64,000 bases of DNA from Octopus sinensis (GCF_006345805.1 NC_042997.1:109740001-109804000); one strand, 5' to 3'; shown: positions 27,201 to 41,165, counted from the first letter of the stretch. A program made the numbers and translations. Notes: generated from the letters alone by a model not told the origin.

Positions 27201-27592
27201 TGGCAAGCTGGCAGAAACGTTAGCACGAAATGCTTAGCGGTATTTCATCTGTCTTTAAGTTCTGAGTTCAAATTCCGCCGAGGTTGATTAAATAAGTACC
27301 AGTTACGCACTGGAGTCGATGTAATCGACTTAATCTCTTTGTCTGTCTTTGTTTGTCTCCTCTGTGTTTAGCCCCTTGTGGGCAATTCAGAAATAAGAAA
27401 CGTTAGCACGAAATGCTTAGCGGTATTTCGTCTCCCTTTACGTTCTGAGTTCAAATTCCGCCGAGGTCGACTTTGCCTTTTATATTTCCGGGGTCGATAA
27501 ATTAAGTTCCAGTTGCGTACTTGTGTCGGTCTAATCGACTGGCCCCATTCCCCAAAAATTTTGGGTCTTGTGCTTGGAGTAGAAAAGAATAA
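27201..27592 (+). mobile_element. Two tandem or nested SINE type B copies (long tail, then restart at 27397, short tail)
   Basis: gaaacgttagcacgaaatgcttagcggtatttc occurs at both 27214 and 27397. Confidence 0.85.
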
Positions 27593-28699
27593 CTGTCCAT
27601 CCGTCTCCTTCTCCCCGCTCTCTCTCTCTCATCCAATTGTCGTTCTCAACGCATGATCAACTCTCGTGCAGCGAGGCCTCTAGTCAAAGGCGTTCCAGCC
27701 ATAATCATTTTGTTATATAGATGACAACTACATTGTCTAACGTATTCTTTTCCTCTTAAGACAATAAGCAGTAATTTTACAGAGATTTAGCTGCTATGTC
27801 TAGCAAATCGACGGACTCTTTTTTTCTCTTTTTGTGTGTGAATGTTACCACTTGGACCAGTTTCTTTTTTTTTTTTTTTGCTGTAGAATTCAATTGTTTT
27901 GGGGGTAATTCTTTAGACATTTAGGCCCCAGATTATATTTTTACGCTACACCAAATTTGAAGGCCCCACCCCCTCGACCACCACCACCACCACCACTTTT
28001 TTTTTCAATTCTCTTCTTCTGTGAGTTCTGACCTTAATAATTACATTCCAAAATATCTCTTGGGAAAATTGTTCTGTGATCTACTGGCAACAAAATGTCG
28101 TTTGACCATTCTATGGATGAAAGGGAAGTTCTATGATAGTAAAATCATCTACACAACAACAACAACAACAACAGCAGCAGCAGAGTGGAGGTTAAATTGA
28201 TATTAATGGCCTCCTCCCTCTCCTCATAGGAAATGGCTCGGAACAAACAAAATGCGAATTAGTTTACGGCAGTTGGACAAATCAACGGAGTTGGTTGGTT
28301 TGCTTTGGTCGGCAGTAAAAGAGAAAATTAGGGGGAATAAAGATAATGGAGACAGGAAGAGTTAGTCCAACGTCTGACTGGTGTGTGTGAGAGGTTAATC
28401 CATTAACATCGGCTTAATTAGTAAACAAGTCTCTATGTTGCGTTGACTAATTATTATAGTCAGCCTCCATTTACCGTTTTTGTATCACGAAATCCAAGAG
28501 AACAGATTAGTTCCCCATGGAGACTTTAAGTACCAGAATCCTCCATGATAAAACATTCGTCTCAAGTTCTGTGCAGCAACAAATTTTGTGTTTATAATCG
28601 ACTCTGAAGTTTACGATTTTTCCATTTAGACAGTAATTATTTTGGTTGGTGCTGTCATTGTTGTTGTTATTATTATTATTTGTACAACTGCCTCAAGCT

Positions 28700-28860
28700 G
28701 ACAGAACTGTTATCACACCAAGAAGAATGCTTAACAGTATTTCGCCCGTCTTTATGTTTTAAGTTCAAATTCCGCAGAGCTTGACTTTACCTTTCATCTC
28801 TCAGGGATCAATAATATAAGTACCAGTTGACCACTGGAGTCGATGGTCTCAACTAGCCCT
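28700..28860 (+). mobile_element. SINE type B, degenerate
   Basis: agttcaaattccgc..ttgactttacctttcat..ataagtaccagttgaccactgg. Confidence 0.7.
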
Positions 28861-29614
28861 CTCCCTCCTCTCCCTCTAAAACCGTCTACCTTATGCTAAA
28901 TTTTGAATACTCTTAGTAGAAGTTCTACGTCAGCAATACATAAGGCGGGTAAGGGCGATGATGTTTTCGGGGAAACTCTCGGCCTCGATGAAAATAAACA
29001 AGTTGGTTTGTTTCGGAGAATTTTCGGGCCGGAGTCACCTAGGAATAACTTCCCGAAATCCTGAGGGGCACTCTTTTTGTTCAAACCCACATTGGCTTTT
29101 TCAAGTTCTTCATGGAAAACAAAGTAAAGATAGAAACGGAAGTGTTCTGTCAGTGAATTTGAAAAAAATAAAAGATAATGGGTGAGCATGTGACCCCTAA
29201 TCTGAGGTGATCAAATAAGCATGAAGCAAGCAAACGAGTGTAACAGAAATAGAATGAACGAAAAGATTTTAAGCTGGTGCCTGTCAACTGGAGAACAGCA
29301 GTTGGACAAGGTTTTGTGCACCTAATAGTCAGGTTGCCCCGGATCTATAGGGGTCCCTTGACGGGCTCTAATCGGAGTTTCTCTTGTATTAGGGCTACTT
29401 TATAGACGCCTTCATATACTTTGTATATTTTGAATATTTATATCTGTTTTCCTTTTCTTCTCTCCATATTTTATATAACCTCGCCCCACCACACATGCAC
29501 ACACACACATACACACACTTCACACACAAATTGTAGAGTGTCTTTGTAATGTTCTCTTCATCCGTTGCCACAGTGACAAACAAAAGAAATCATCATCATC
29601 ATCATCTGTATTCT

Positions 29615-29656
<42 letters not shown>

Positions 29657-30557
29657 GACTGAAGTTGTGTTAAACGTTGCTATTTTTACTGAAATCTTCA
29701 TCGAAGAACAACACCAGATTCTATTGGAAAGAGAATAGGAGTGAAAACTGGTTAAATATTAATTCGCAGAATGGAAACTGCAGATAGAATTGATGCGACA
29801 GGATGGAAACAGAGAGAAGAAAATCAAACGCTTTTATTATAACTGATTAATAAATTAGCAAGTTACTAATCGATTAAATAATTATGTCCACCTTCTCCGT
29901 TGTTTTTTTAAAAGTTTTCTTAGTTTCCTTTATTTCAAGAAAATATTAAATCTAAAAGAAGCAGTGGAAATGAGAATAGTTAAGAAATGAGTTTCTCGAA
30001 ACGGAATGTTTTCATCTCTTTGTTTTATTTGAAGAAATTATCAGCTGCTTTGGCAACCAGAAATATCCGTGTGTGTGTGTGTGTAAGAGAGACAGAGAGA
30101 ATTAGAGGAATATTTAATCTAGTAACTACTGCAGCTGCTTGTTTAGCCGAAAGCACTATTATTCTTGTTAAAGTCGTCTGCTGTAAGATGCAAATGTCAT
30201 CCATTTGTCAGTTCCATTCTTTTCAACAGTTGACACATTGTAAAAAATAAATTATCGCGTTTGGCCGAAGCGAAATTTCCATTGTTAAAATGAAGACGGA
30301 AAGCTGACTGTATCATTGGCTCATTGTGCTAAATGCTTAGCAGCCTTTCTTCGACATCTAATGTGCTGAGTTCAAATCCTCATGTGGTCGACCTGGTCTT
30401 TCATCCATTTGGAGTCGATACAATCAAGTACCAATCATGTACTGGGATTATTATCGATTAAACCCCTCCCCTTATATTTATGCCAATATTGAACAGTGAG
30501 AATGAATTTTCAGCACTGCATTGATGGGCAAACACTCTTTACTTCTGGATTAACAAG

Positions 30558-30708
30558 GCTACCAATGTTTTCACGTGAATAGATCTTCACAATTATCCAT
30601 GTGTGTCACATGGAAGTTTTGGTACTCGTTTCCACTAACACTTCCATGTTTCCATGTGGTACACTTGAACAAATTGTGAAGATCTCTTCACCTGAAACCG
30701 TTGGTTGC
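30558..30708. repeat. Imperfect 150-bp palindrome (old MITE-like)
   Basis: accaatgttttcacgtgaatagatcttcacaatt pairs with aattgtgaagatctcttcacctgaaaccgttggt; inner acatggaagt / acttccatgt. Confidence 0.75.
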
Positions 30709-31301
30709 ATTGTTAACCCACAAATCAAAGAAATATATATATGTATATGTATATTTATATACAGGCTTCTTTTGGTTTCCGCCTCTTGAATCCACTCACA
30801 TAGCATCGGTCCACTAAGGCTATTCAGTCCATTGGGGCTATGGGTGAAGTCACCATCTGAAGATGGCACTGACCTCGAAGTCATGTGGTTAGGAGACAAA
30901 CTCGTTGGCAATGCAGCCAGGTCTTCGGGACTCTCTGAGATCTTTCTCTTAACACAATTTTAACTCATGCAATTTCATATAATGGAACGAACACAAGCTT
31001 TCAATGGGAGTTGCTTATGTCAGTGTTCCTTGGCTGTTAGAGACAGGGTAGGACAATTGTCGTAACGACGACACACATTGCAGCAGGAAATGATGTGCAT
31101 CACTACTGTCCTGTCACCGGGGAATAATCCTGTAGTTTTCCTTTAATCTCAACATTGGAACCGTTTCGAGTCATGAGATTATCTCCCCTTCTCATTTAGA
31201 GTTAGTCTGAATTGTTAGTTGAGAATTGTGACATCGCCGCTACAGGTGGATAAAATTATAATAGATCAAGAAATTGTGTTGTACTGTATTTGATAAACCT
31301 G

Positions 31302-31352
<51 letters not shown>

Positions 31353-31544
31353 TGCACCCACACACACACACACGGACAAAGCACCAATAGAAAGAAAACG
31401 TGATACAATAAAGAAAGAATTAAAAATGATAAAAATGAAATTTGTGTGTATACTTATGTGAAACGCATGCATCGTGTATGTATGTATGTGTGTATATATT
31501 TACCTGTATGTGTACAAGTGTTTTTACTGTGTATACTATGACTA

Positions 31545-31594
<50 letters not shown>

Positions 31595-32172
31595 ATGTTT
31601 GTATGTATTTATGTAGATACATATGTATGTATATGTATAAGGATGTGTGTGCCATCTTAGCCTGCAGTGGATAGAGATTATACAGAGCGGTATTGTGTGA
31701 ATATATAATAAAAAACATTGTGCAGAAGTGTATATTGAGAATGTATGCGTATAATAGGATTGTGCGCGTGTATAAAAAAAATTAGTCAATCTATTAATAC
31801 GAATATATGGATGTATAAACGAGAATCTGGTGCGCAAGGAGAATGAGTTGGTGTGTGTGTGAGATACGTGGGTATATGAATTCGATTTTTATAGAAATGA
31901 AAGTACAAGGACGCTTTCATTTCGCTTTGTGCTGTCAGAAGATGTGTCTGTGAAATACGTTCATGTGCGCGCTCACTTTCAGATTGTCTCTGAGCATATT
32001 CACAAGAATTTGTATGAATATTTACCTAAGATATTATGTAAGGACCGATTGTAAACGAAGATGAAATGTTCTTATATTTCTTCTTCAGGTTAAAGAATTT
32101 TCTACAAAACTACAAAACTAGTTCTGCTGCTTTTGAAGAACTCTTTAAATTGACTGCTGCTACTACAGCTAC

Positions 32173-32209
<37 letters not shown>

Positions 32210-33104
32210 GTTGTTATTGACAACATAAACTGCCCAGCGTGTCTTCATTTCAACAGACTCGTTTTATTCTTTTTTTTTCTTCTTTCTGCTTTACCTGTCT
32301 TACCCAGAACAAAACTCATTTCTTCACCACACACACATATTCTCTCTCTCTCTTTCTTTCTCTCTCTCTCTCTCCCTCTCTCTCATGTATAATTTTCTCT
32401 GGATTTCCAGTATTTTTGTTCAGTTTGTCTCACCCATAATATACTTCACGCTTCCATTTTCTTTCTCTTCATCCCATCTTATTCTTATTTCTCTATATAG
32501 TCTTTTACCCACAATGCATTTTACCTTTCTTCTTCTTCTTCTTCTTCTTCTTCTTCTTCTTCTTCTACTTCTTCTTCACCCAGAATGTCACTATTTCTCG
32601 TTTTCCATTTCTCTACTTTCACAATTTCTGATAACGCCATTCCTTCTTTATCTTTTCAAGATATCTTTTTGTCTTTTTTTACCTCCCCCGCCACCCCTCC
32701 ACATAATCAGATTCTTCTTAGTTTCTTCATTCTTGACCAATTATCAACAAGTACTTGGTACCTATTGAACATTTCTAAAACCAAAATCCCATCCTCCCTA
32801 TTACAGTTCCACAACGATTAAAATTCTTATTCCAAAGGTCCTTCATGAATTAGGTTTCTTTTTTTCTTCCTTTCTGCGATTCTCTTCTTCGATGATATTC
32901 GTTCGATCTTATTTCTGTTGCTCTCTCATTCAGAAACGGTTTGATGCGTTCGCCTCATATGATGAAGATACTCCCATAACATGTCTATACTCTGTTATAG
33001 TTGTTCTATGGTGGTCAATAAATATAATTGTCTAATTGCAGATAATGTCTAGTTCTGGGGAGTGCGGTGGGGGAAGGTCGACGACTAAATTTAGACAAAG
33101 TTTG

Positions 33105-33350
33105 TGGTTCTGTAGAAAGAAATTTGCTTCCCAACCACATAGTTCCATGTTCAGTCCCACGGCGTGGCACCTTGCGCAAGTGTCTTCTACTATAGCCTCG
33201 GGCCAACCAAAACCTTGTAAGTGGATTTGGTGGAGAGAAACTAAAAGAAGCTCGACGTGTGTTGTGTGTGTGTGTGTCTGTCTGTCCCCCTACCGCTTGA
33301 CAACCGGTGTTAATGTGTTTACATCATCGTAACTTAGCGGTTCGATAAAT
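33105..33350 (+). mobile_element. SINE type A, 3'-truncated
   Basis: cttcccaaccac..gttcagtcccacggcgtggcacctt..gtaacttagcggttcg. Confidence 0.82.
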
Positions 33351-34007
33351 AATAATTACTAAACTTTAAAAGATCAGAAAAAAACTTTGCTGTCAGTCTC
33401 TCGGGTTCCATTAATTAAAGTACCACTCAGAACTAAACTCGATAAAGTCGATTAACCTCGTCGTTTTTTGAAAATTATTGCACTTAGACCTAAACAAGAA
33501 ACTACGATAAGCTAATGTGATATATATATATATATATATATATAACAACTTATAAACAAGGGTAAAAGAAAACAAAATCCGATGCCAAAATAGACTTAAT
33601 CATCAATAAGCATATAATTTATCACTATAAGCACGCGTCTCGAAAGCAAGCCGATAGAAATTTCTAAAAAATTTCATTATTATCGGATCGGTCCCAGTTT
33701 CTGAGTTAATTCATTTAGAATTTTCTCGTATTCATCAGCGATATAAATACGATAAGAAAATAAATGAGATACTTACTCGTAACCATGGAAGAAGTAAATA
33801 CTAAGTCATGAGCACACTTAAGTACCCCAAATATATCCAAAATAGAAATTCCACAGCATACCTCGAGATCCGCGTGATCGGACTGAAAATTCTCATAGAG
33901 TGAGAGAGTCCGAAAGTGAATTAAATGTACATCTAATATAGGATAAAATTTTCGAAAAAATTTTATCAAAGGCCAGCATATTAATATATATATATATATA
34001 TATATAT

Positions 34008-34620
34008 AGTAAGGAAAAATTTTTTTAAAAATGCAGAATGCTCAAATGAAAGAAAATTTTAATAAAATGAGAAATTGATAAAATATATAAATATATATTT
34101 ATTCAACCGGTTTTCGTCATTGTATGACTTGTCAAGAATATTTATGTTTTAAGAAGTTTTTTTAAAAATTAGAAAGGGGAAAAAAAGAAAATTGCATTGT
34201 TTTTTGTAAAAGAATAATGATAAAAATGTACAAAAATTAAAAAATAAGTTCTCCGATACATTGTGAGTTCGTTGTGTATCTTGAGTTTTATGGTTGTTTA
34301 CGAAAAAATTACCTTGAGGTGTTAAGATCCAAAGGGATTAAGAGCATGTGTTGTGTTGTGTTGTTAAATTCAGCATGTTTGCAGGACAGGAAGTAGTAGT
34401 AATTGTGGTCCTGGTTCTTCAGTTCCTGTGTTGTGAGTAAGGGGAGACAACTCTTTTGAGTTCTTCAATAAAACCCAAATTATAAAACTATCATTTTAGC
34501 TTCGAAAATGACGAAAACCGGTTGAATAAATATATATTTATATATTTTATCAATTTCTCATTTTATTAAAATTTTCTTTCATTTGAGCATTCTGCATTTT
34601 TAAAAAAATTTTTCCTTACT
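34008..34620 (-). mobile_element. Penelope-like insertion with inverted partial pseudo-LTR
   Basis: 114-bp inverted arms 34008-34121 and 34507-34620, apparently identical; hammerhead-like motif at 34104-34135 on minus; weak ALNPFG(L)N motif near 34320-34345. Confidence 0.65.
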
Positions 34621-34665
34621 TATCATTTCTCCACGTGCGGTCAACACAACCCCACCATTTATTGA

Positions 34666-34699
<34 letters not shown>

Positions 34700-34701
34700 C
34701 A

Positions 34702-35026
34702 TATATTCAGAGAGAGATATTTATAATAGTATAAAGTGCATTTATAATTAAGGGCAGAGAGGCTTCTGTGCCTCTATGCTGAAGATAGACGCCAAATGCA
34801 TCTAACTGCAAATCATCACTTTATAATTTACACATGCTGAAAGCGAGGAAGTCGACTGACAGAAATTCATAAAATAATTCGCTTTCAACATGTGTAAATT
34901 AAAAAGTGATGATTTGGAGCGGTTAGACGGGTTTAGCGTCTCTCTTCAGCATAGAGGCACAGAAGCTTCTCTGCCCTTAATTATAATTGTGTTTTACACT
35001 ATTATAAATCTCTATATATGAATATA
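34702..35026. repeat. Fold-back element, ~145-bp diverged arms
   Basis: aattaagggcagagaggcttctgtgcctctatgctgaaga and its reverse complement at 34944-34982; spacer about 34846-34878. Confidence 0.85.
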
Positions 35027-35134
35027 CCTAAACAGGTCTATTTTAGATACTGGCCATTGGTAAAATTTTTAATTATTTTATCCTTTAATTATATTTGTGT
35101 GTGTGTGTGTATGTATATATATATATATATATAT

Positions 35135-35555
35135 TATGTAACATATGGTATAATTATAAACAGGGAAAATTATAGCCATTTCTTCCCAGGCTGAATAAAA
35201 ATGACGAACCACGTTAATCGATTTTCGAACATTATGGGCTTCTCATCAGAGGCACCTACAGCGTTCTGATAGTCTCCAGGGAAACAATCAGCCAAACTGT
35301 TTATATACTCAACAAATGCAGCAGTTACTCTATGAAGGGGTCCTTAATTTGCATACCGAAAGTGTTTAACATTCTATAAATACCAGCGGTCTGTCAACGG
35401 GGATCTTAGTTTACACAGTATCAAGGTATGGTGTAATAAATATGTAACATAGGGGACAATTATAAACAAGGAAAATTTTAGCCATTTTTACGCTGACTGA
35501 AAAAATGATGAACAACCTTAATCGATTTTCGGACCTTATTGGGTTCTCATGAGAG
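35135..35555 (-). mobile_element. Direct repeat (115-bp copies about 305 bp apart), each ending in a minimal hammerhead-like motif; PLE pLTR tandem or retrozyme-like
   Basis: Copies 35135-35250 and 35441-35553; minus CTGATGA-GAAGCCCATAATGTTC-GAAA-ATCGAT-TA and CTCATGA-GAACCCAATAAGGTCC-GAAA-ATCGAT-TA. Confidence 0.65.
35205..35255 (-). ncRNA. Minimal type I hammerhead ribozyme-like motif (core intact, stem I degenerate)
   Basis: CUGAUGA core, stem II GAA(g)C/GUUC, GAAA, palindromic stem III AAUCGAUU, UUA cleavage triplet. Confidence 0.5.
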
Positions 35556-35587
35556 AATACACACGCGCGCGTGCACACACACACACA

Positions 35588-35618
<31 letters not shown>

Positions 35619-37896
35619 CGCGCGCATCTTAGTTTGGCCCTCTCTGCTACATTCACTGGTATGGCTTTCTCTGCCGTTGCTTGCGACCTTCCTTCTTATT
35701 ACTTTAATCATTGCCTGCTCAAAGTTTTGCATTTTGTATGACCTATGTGCTGTAGCATGGGCGAAGCTACGATGGTTAAATCAAACCAAAGTATACACGT
35801 AAGCCTGTCTACCTAGCTCTTCTCGCGCTTAGCTCATTTTCCCAGTCGTCAATAAATATTTATATATTATCTTTCCCGGTTAATTCCTTTGTTAATTCCA
35901 AGTTAACTTTTTACCAATAATTCTTGGGCGGAAACGAAAAATATAAAGAGACTGAAAGACTTTGGAATAATAAAATGGCTCCATTGTCACTTCCGCCGTA
36001 TTGTCTTCCCGGTAATGTAATTCAATGTCACGGCACAACATTTATAGAACTATTCTCAAATGAAACGCTTGAAGCCGAACCTCAGAATAAACAAAAACGC
36101 TGTCTTAATTAGCTCTGACGCCTCTTTGGTCGGCTGGTGGGAGACTGGAAGTGATTTCTTCAGAGGAAAAGAAAAACATCAACACTCGCAGAGGAATACC
36201 AATACGTTTCGGATGCAATCCACAAGACCAGTTCTTTGGTTTGGGAATAACTTTTACTTTTCCACCTGTTTTGAAATGGCATCACTGCCCTCTTTCACTA
36301 AGTCATCAAAAACTCATTACTCGAATTCTTGTTACCATTTCTTATTATCTTAACCGTACCATTTTTATTTACTTTTTTTTATTCAGGGTGGGAGGAAGGT
36401 TATGTTTATGATTCTTAGTGGCATGGAGGGAGGAGGGGAAGTACTCTTAAAGAAGAAACTTGGCCTAAATTCTTCCAACAACAAAGTAGTCTCGGTCAAA
36501 GGCGTCCAAAATATTCGGTCATGGTATCAAACCGAGCGACGCATTAGGTCTACCATATAAGTAGGCTGTGGTGAGATTTGAACCCCCAAAATGCATAGGG
36601 CTGGAATGAATATCGCAGGGTATCTCGTGTGTGTGTATTTTTTTTTTATTGATGACGAAAAAATTGAAAGGTAAAATCGACCTTGAACTCGAAGCACAGC
36701 GATGCAGACCAGATAGCGGGTGGTATTGACGCTGTACCGACGCATCCATATCGCCTCCTTATTTAAAAATAAGTAAATAATGAACCGTAGTAACATTTAT
36801 TCGGCAAATAGTTTCAAACAATTTGATAATTTTAGTTTCGGAATTAATATAAAACAATAAGATTCATTTCTTTAGAGGTTGGCTGCAACATTCCCCGTTA
36901 CATATGAAGAATTTTCTGAAAGCCAGGATATGTCTGAAATAAAGAATGCAGACGCGTTTACACGTCTCGGAACACAGACTCTCTGGCTGTAAGTGGACCC
37001 GTCTTGTACCTTTGTCTCAGCGATCCGCTTTCTAATTGTAGGCCGCTGTATTTATGGTTAAAACGTATAATGTCTCGTTGCTACACTAAAGCATTGATTA
37101 TGTACACGCGCCACCGCACCAACGTGCATGCTGCGTTGAGTAGAATGATGTATATAGAGTGTGTGTTGAGAGAGCAGACAGAGTGAGAGAGAGAGAGAGA
37201 AACAGAGCGTTTGGTAGATGGGCAAACGGATAGGTAGAGAGGAAGAGAGAGACTGAGATAGATAGATCGATAGATAGATAGATAGATAGATAGAGGGAGG
37301 TAAACTGAGATAGTTAGAGAGATAGAGAGAGGTTGTTAAACTCAGCGATTGATTGATCAGCAGAAAGATAGACAGCTAGCAGACAGAGGGACAGATAGAC
37401 GGCTAAGTAGGCGGAACAGATGGAGTGAGAGAGGGGGGAAGGGGGGGCAGGGAGATTTGGGCCAATCATCTTGACGCCACGACAAACAATAAAGAAAGAC
37501 ATAGAAAAAGAAAGAATGAAACATCGCCGATGCCTGAAACAGACGCCATTATTACCTCCCCACGTCCCTCCCCACCTCTGCCCGTCCTCTTTCATGTTTT
37601 CAATGTGTGAAGGTCTGAGAGAACAGACGGCGAAGAAAATACAAAAAGAAACGCAAAACAAAAAAAAAGGAAACACAAAAGTAACCGTTAGCCCCCGACC
37701 CATCACCCCCCCCTCCACCACCACGTGTACTTCATAACATTTCTACATCACATGTTTTTCTTGTTGTGATTGTAGCTTGTTGTCATTGGCACCGTATAAT
37801 TTATTAGAACCCTCAATCTCGGTTTTATACACTTAAATTTGCCGAACCACACTACTACAATTATATATTATTCTTGTCATTTAAATTATATAGATA

Positions 37897-37963
<67 letters not shown>

Positions 37964-38048
37964 GCACAATACTTTGCTGTCATTGCAAAGTTTTTTGTCA
38001 CCCGCCCCTACCGCTCGCTTATAAACCTCACCTATTGCTGAGGTGGGC

Positions 38049-38114
<66 letters not shown>

Positions 38115-38462
38115 TTATTATTTATTCATTTATTTATTCATTTAGTTTTCGCCTGTATATCATCTGTACATATATATTATCTTGTGTTGGATATTTTTTT
38201 TGTATAGATTTAAGGGTGGGGCGAACAACAGCAGAAAACAAGCTCGACGTCTACATTCATGCAAAGTCAGAAATGTATAACATTCCGATAAATTCTCGAA
38301 GCACATACTTAGGCAGACGCACATCACTTACACAAGATCGCCATAGACATAGACACACGCACGTGTGTGTGTCTGTGGGTGTCTGCGTATATCTATACTC
38401 ATGCATCTATTTATATGCTTCTATGTATATACATATATACAAATTATATGCATCTATATGCG

Positions 38463-38495
<33 letters not shown>

Positions 38496-38902
38496 CGCAT
38501 ATAGCAGGGGCAGCTGAAGAAGGGGAATGTTCCTTGTGTTGTATGTCTTGTACTCTGTTTTTTCGTTGTTTGAAAAAAAGTTCGTTTCCATGTTTTTGTT
38601 TTTATGTTTTCGCTTCTCATTCTGTTCAACGTTTTTTTGATGCCCTGTACCCATATATGCATGTATATATACATATAGATGTGGGTACGTACATATATGT
38701 ATAGATGTGGGTACGTACATATATGTATGTATATATGCATATGTTTTATTTATTATTTTGTTATTATATATATATATTTATATATATATATATGTAGTAC
38801 TTAGCAGAAGTAACAAAGTGACTCAAGGTTCGAGAGTTTCATGTGTTGGCAGTTTCACATTTTGTGTTCAACTTTTCCTGTTTTCATCAATATACCAACA
38901 TA

Positions 38903-38956
<54 letters not shown>

Positions 38957-40524
38957 CATACATACATCTGTGTGTGTGTGCGTATGAAGAAAGAGTAAAA
39001 TGTTGCGCAGGTAGATGACAAAGGAATACATGGGAAAATCACGCACAAGACGTGGACATGTTCATCCATCATCAATTATCGGGCCCAAAACATCACAATT
39101 TCTCTCACGCACACACCTACAACATCCATGCACGTATATTTCACAATTTATTGTTAATTCCAAACCTGCTGTTTTTGCTGTTCTTGCCATTTGATTTTTT
39201 TTTTGTTTTTGTTTCTTGGGAGTGTTTCAGCGAAGTTTTTGTTGTTGATTGCAATTATCTGAAGACAAGTTTGAAGCTTCAAATACTTTATTTCTTGTAT
39301 CCCGTCTTTCAAATGAAGAAAATTAGATTTTCCAATTCCTTATCCAAACCTGTAGGATGGCTTTTAATCCGAAGTGTAAGGGGCGAACCAAGAATACATT
39401 TGGATGGATGTGAACTAAAATGAAGCCGATGAACACACACACATTGCGTACTATTCTGTAATCTGAGAGATATCATTTAATATGCACAGGATTTGAATGC
39501 AATCTACTATTAGTTTCATACCTCTGAAAATACAATAATCAGACAAGCTAGTACAATTTTTCAGATTATTTCGTTCATATTCTAGAAGCATTTCAATTTC
39601 TTTTTATCATCATCAGGTGCTTCCTTAGATGTGAAGCTAATAGTAAACTAAACTCGAACTTGCAAACACTATTTCTAAACAGACATTATTGAGGATTCAT
39701 TTTTCTTGTATTTTGTACTTAGCTACCGAAGCGCGATGGCTTACTGGATGTAAACGTTGTTCCTTTTGGTGTGGAAATAAAATTTCCGAGATCTAATCTC
39801 GTCATGTAATAAGTACGCCCCCAGGAATAAAGTACAGAATGACGGATCAGAAATCAAACGCTGACAATATTAAAAGATTATTCTTCAAAGCCGAACTTAA
39901 TAGTCCAATAGTTGTTATATGTTTTGTTCAACTTTATGATTGGCCCCGAAACTGTATAATGTAGATTATTAAGAAGGTTAGCAAATAAACAGGCTTCGGT
40001 GTTGGCGTTCAGTGTAATCACCTGATACGTTCATGTTATGAACTGGAAATTGCGAAGATGATATTGCAACATAGAATACAACTGAACAGGTGATTAGGTA
40101 TGGAATATATATACCTATAATTTATTTAGTTAGCGTCTCTGCTTAAATATCTCTCGCAGATCTTCAAACTCCATCTTCTACATTCTTCAACCAATTATTT
40201 CTTCATTGAATAACTACATATACATCCCACTATCTTGTTATCACAGTTCTCTATACACTCACAAACACACGCTTATACCCATGTAAGCTTTTGAATGTGT
40301 GTACGTACGTACATGTGTATGTATTCACACACACACATACACAAACACACATATGCACACACATAAATATGTATCTTAATACTTGCGTATATACATATAT
40401 GTATCTATATATTTTTATGTGTGTGTATGTGTGAATATGTAATATGTACGAATATATGAATATATCCATGTATATAAATGCATATATATGTAGTTAGACG
40501 TAAATATATAAATATCCACGTGTA

Positions 40525-40568
<44 letters not shown>

Positions 40569-40739
40569 TAAGTATATGTGTGCGTATATCTATTCATGTG
40601 TGTGTGTGTTTGTGTGCGTGTCTGTTACAAATCTCAAAAAATAGTGTAAAGTAAATTACTCAATATATTTTAATATACGGAGTAGATTTACACATATACA
40701 CTCTACATCTGTGTATAAACATATTTTTATAAGCGTACG

Positions 40740-41165
40740 TGCGAAGATATATACACACACACACAAACTCGTGTGTATATGTACATACATATATATATAT
40801 ACACTCACACATATATACACATACATACACACGCACATATATATACATGTTCATATATATACATACATATATATACACACATATGTGTGTGTATATATAC
40901 ATATGTATATATGTGTGTGTGTGTATATATGTGTATATATACATGTATGTGTATATATATGTATATATGTGTGTGTATATATGTATGTGTATATATATGT
41001 ATATATATGTGTGTATATTTATATATGTATGTGTATATATGTGTGTATATATACGTATGTGTATATATATGTGTGTATATATGTGTGTGTATATATTTAT
41101 GTGTATATATATGTATGTGTGTATATATATATATATACATATATACACACATATATGTATGTATA
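40740..41165. repeat. (CA/TA/TG)n mosaic simple repeat
   Basis: Direct reading. Confidence 0.9.

Noticed and set aside
28896-29189. GKGDDVFGE on plus resembles the cyclic-nucleotide-binding GKxDxFGE motif of EAG channels
   Set aside because: Extra residue, no surrounding domain similarity and no convincing splice sites.
33715-33760. Minus CTGATGA..GAAA as a hammerhead
   Set aside because: No stem II pairing, no palindromic stem III and no stem I.
36155-36225. Minus CCGAAACG...CTGAAGA as a permuted hammerhead
   Set aside because: Both would-be stem I strands are pyrimidine-rich and cannot pair.
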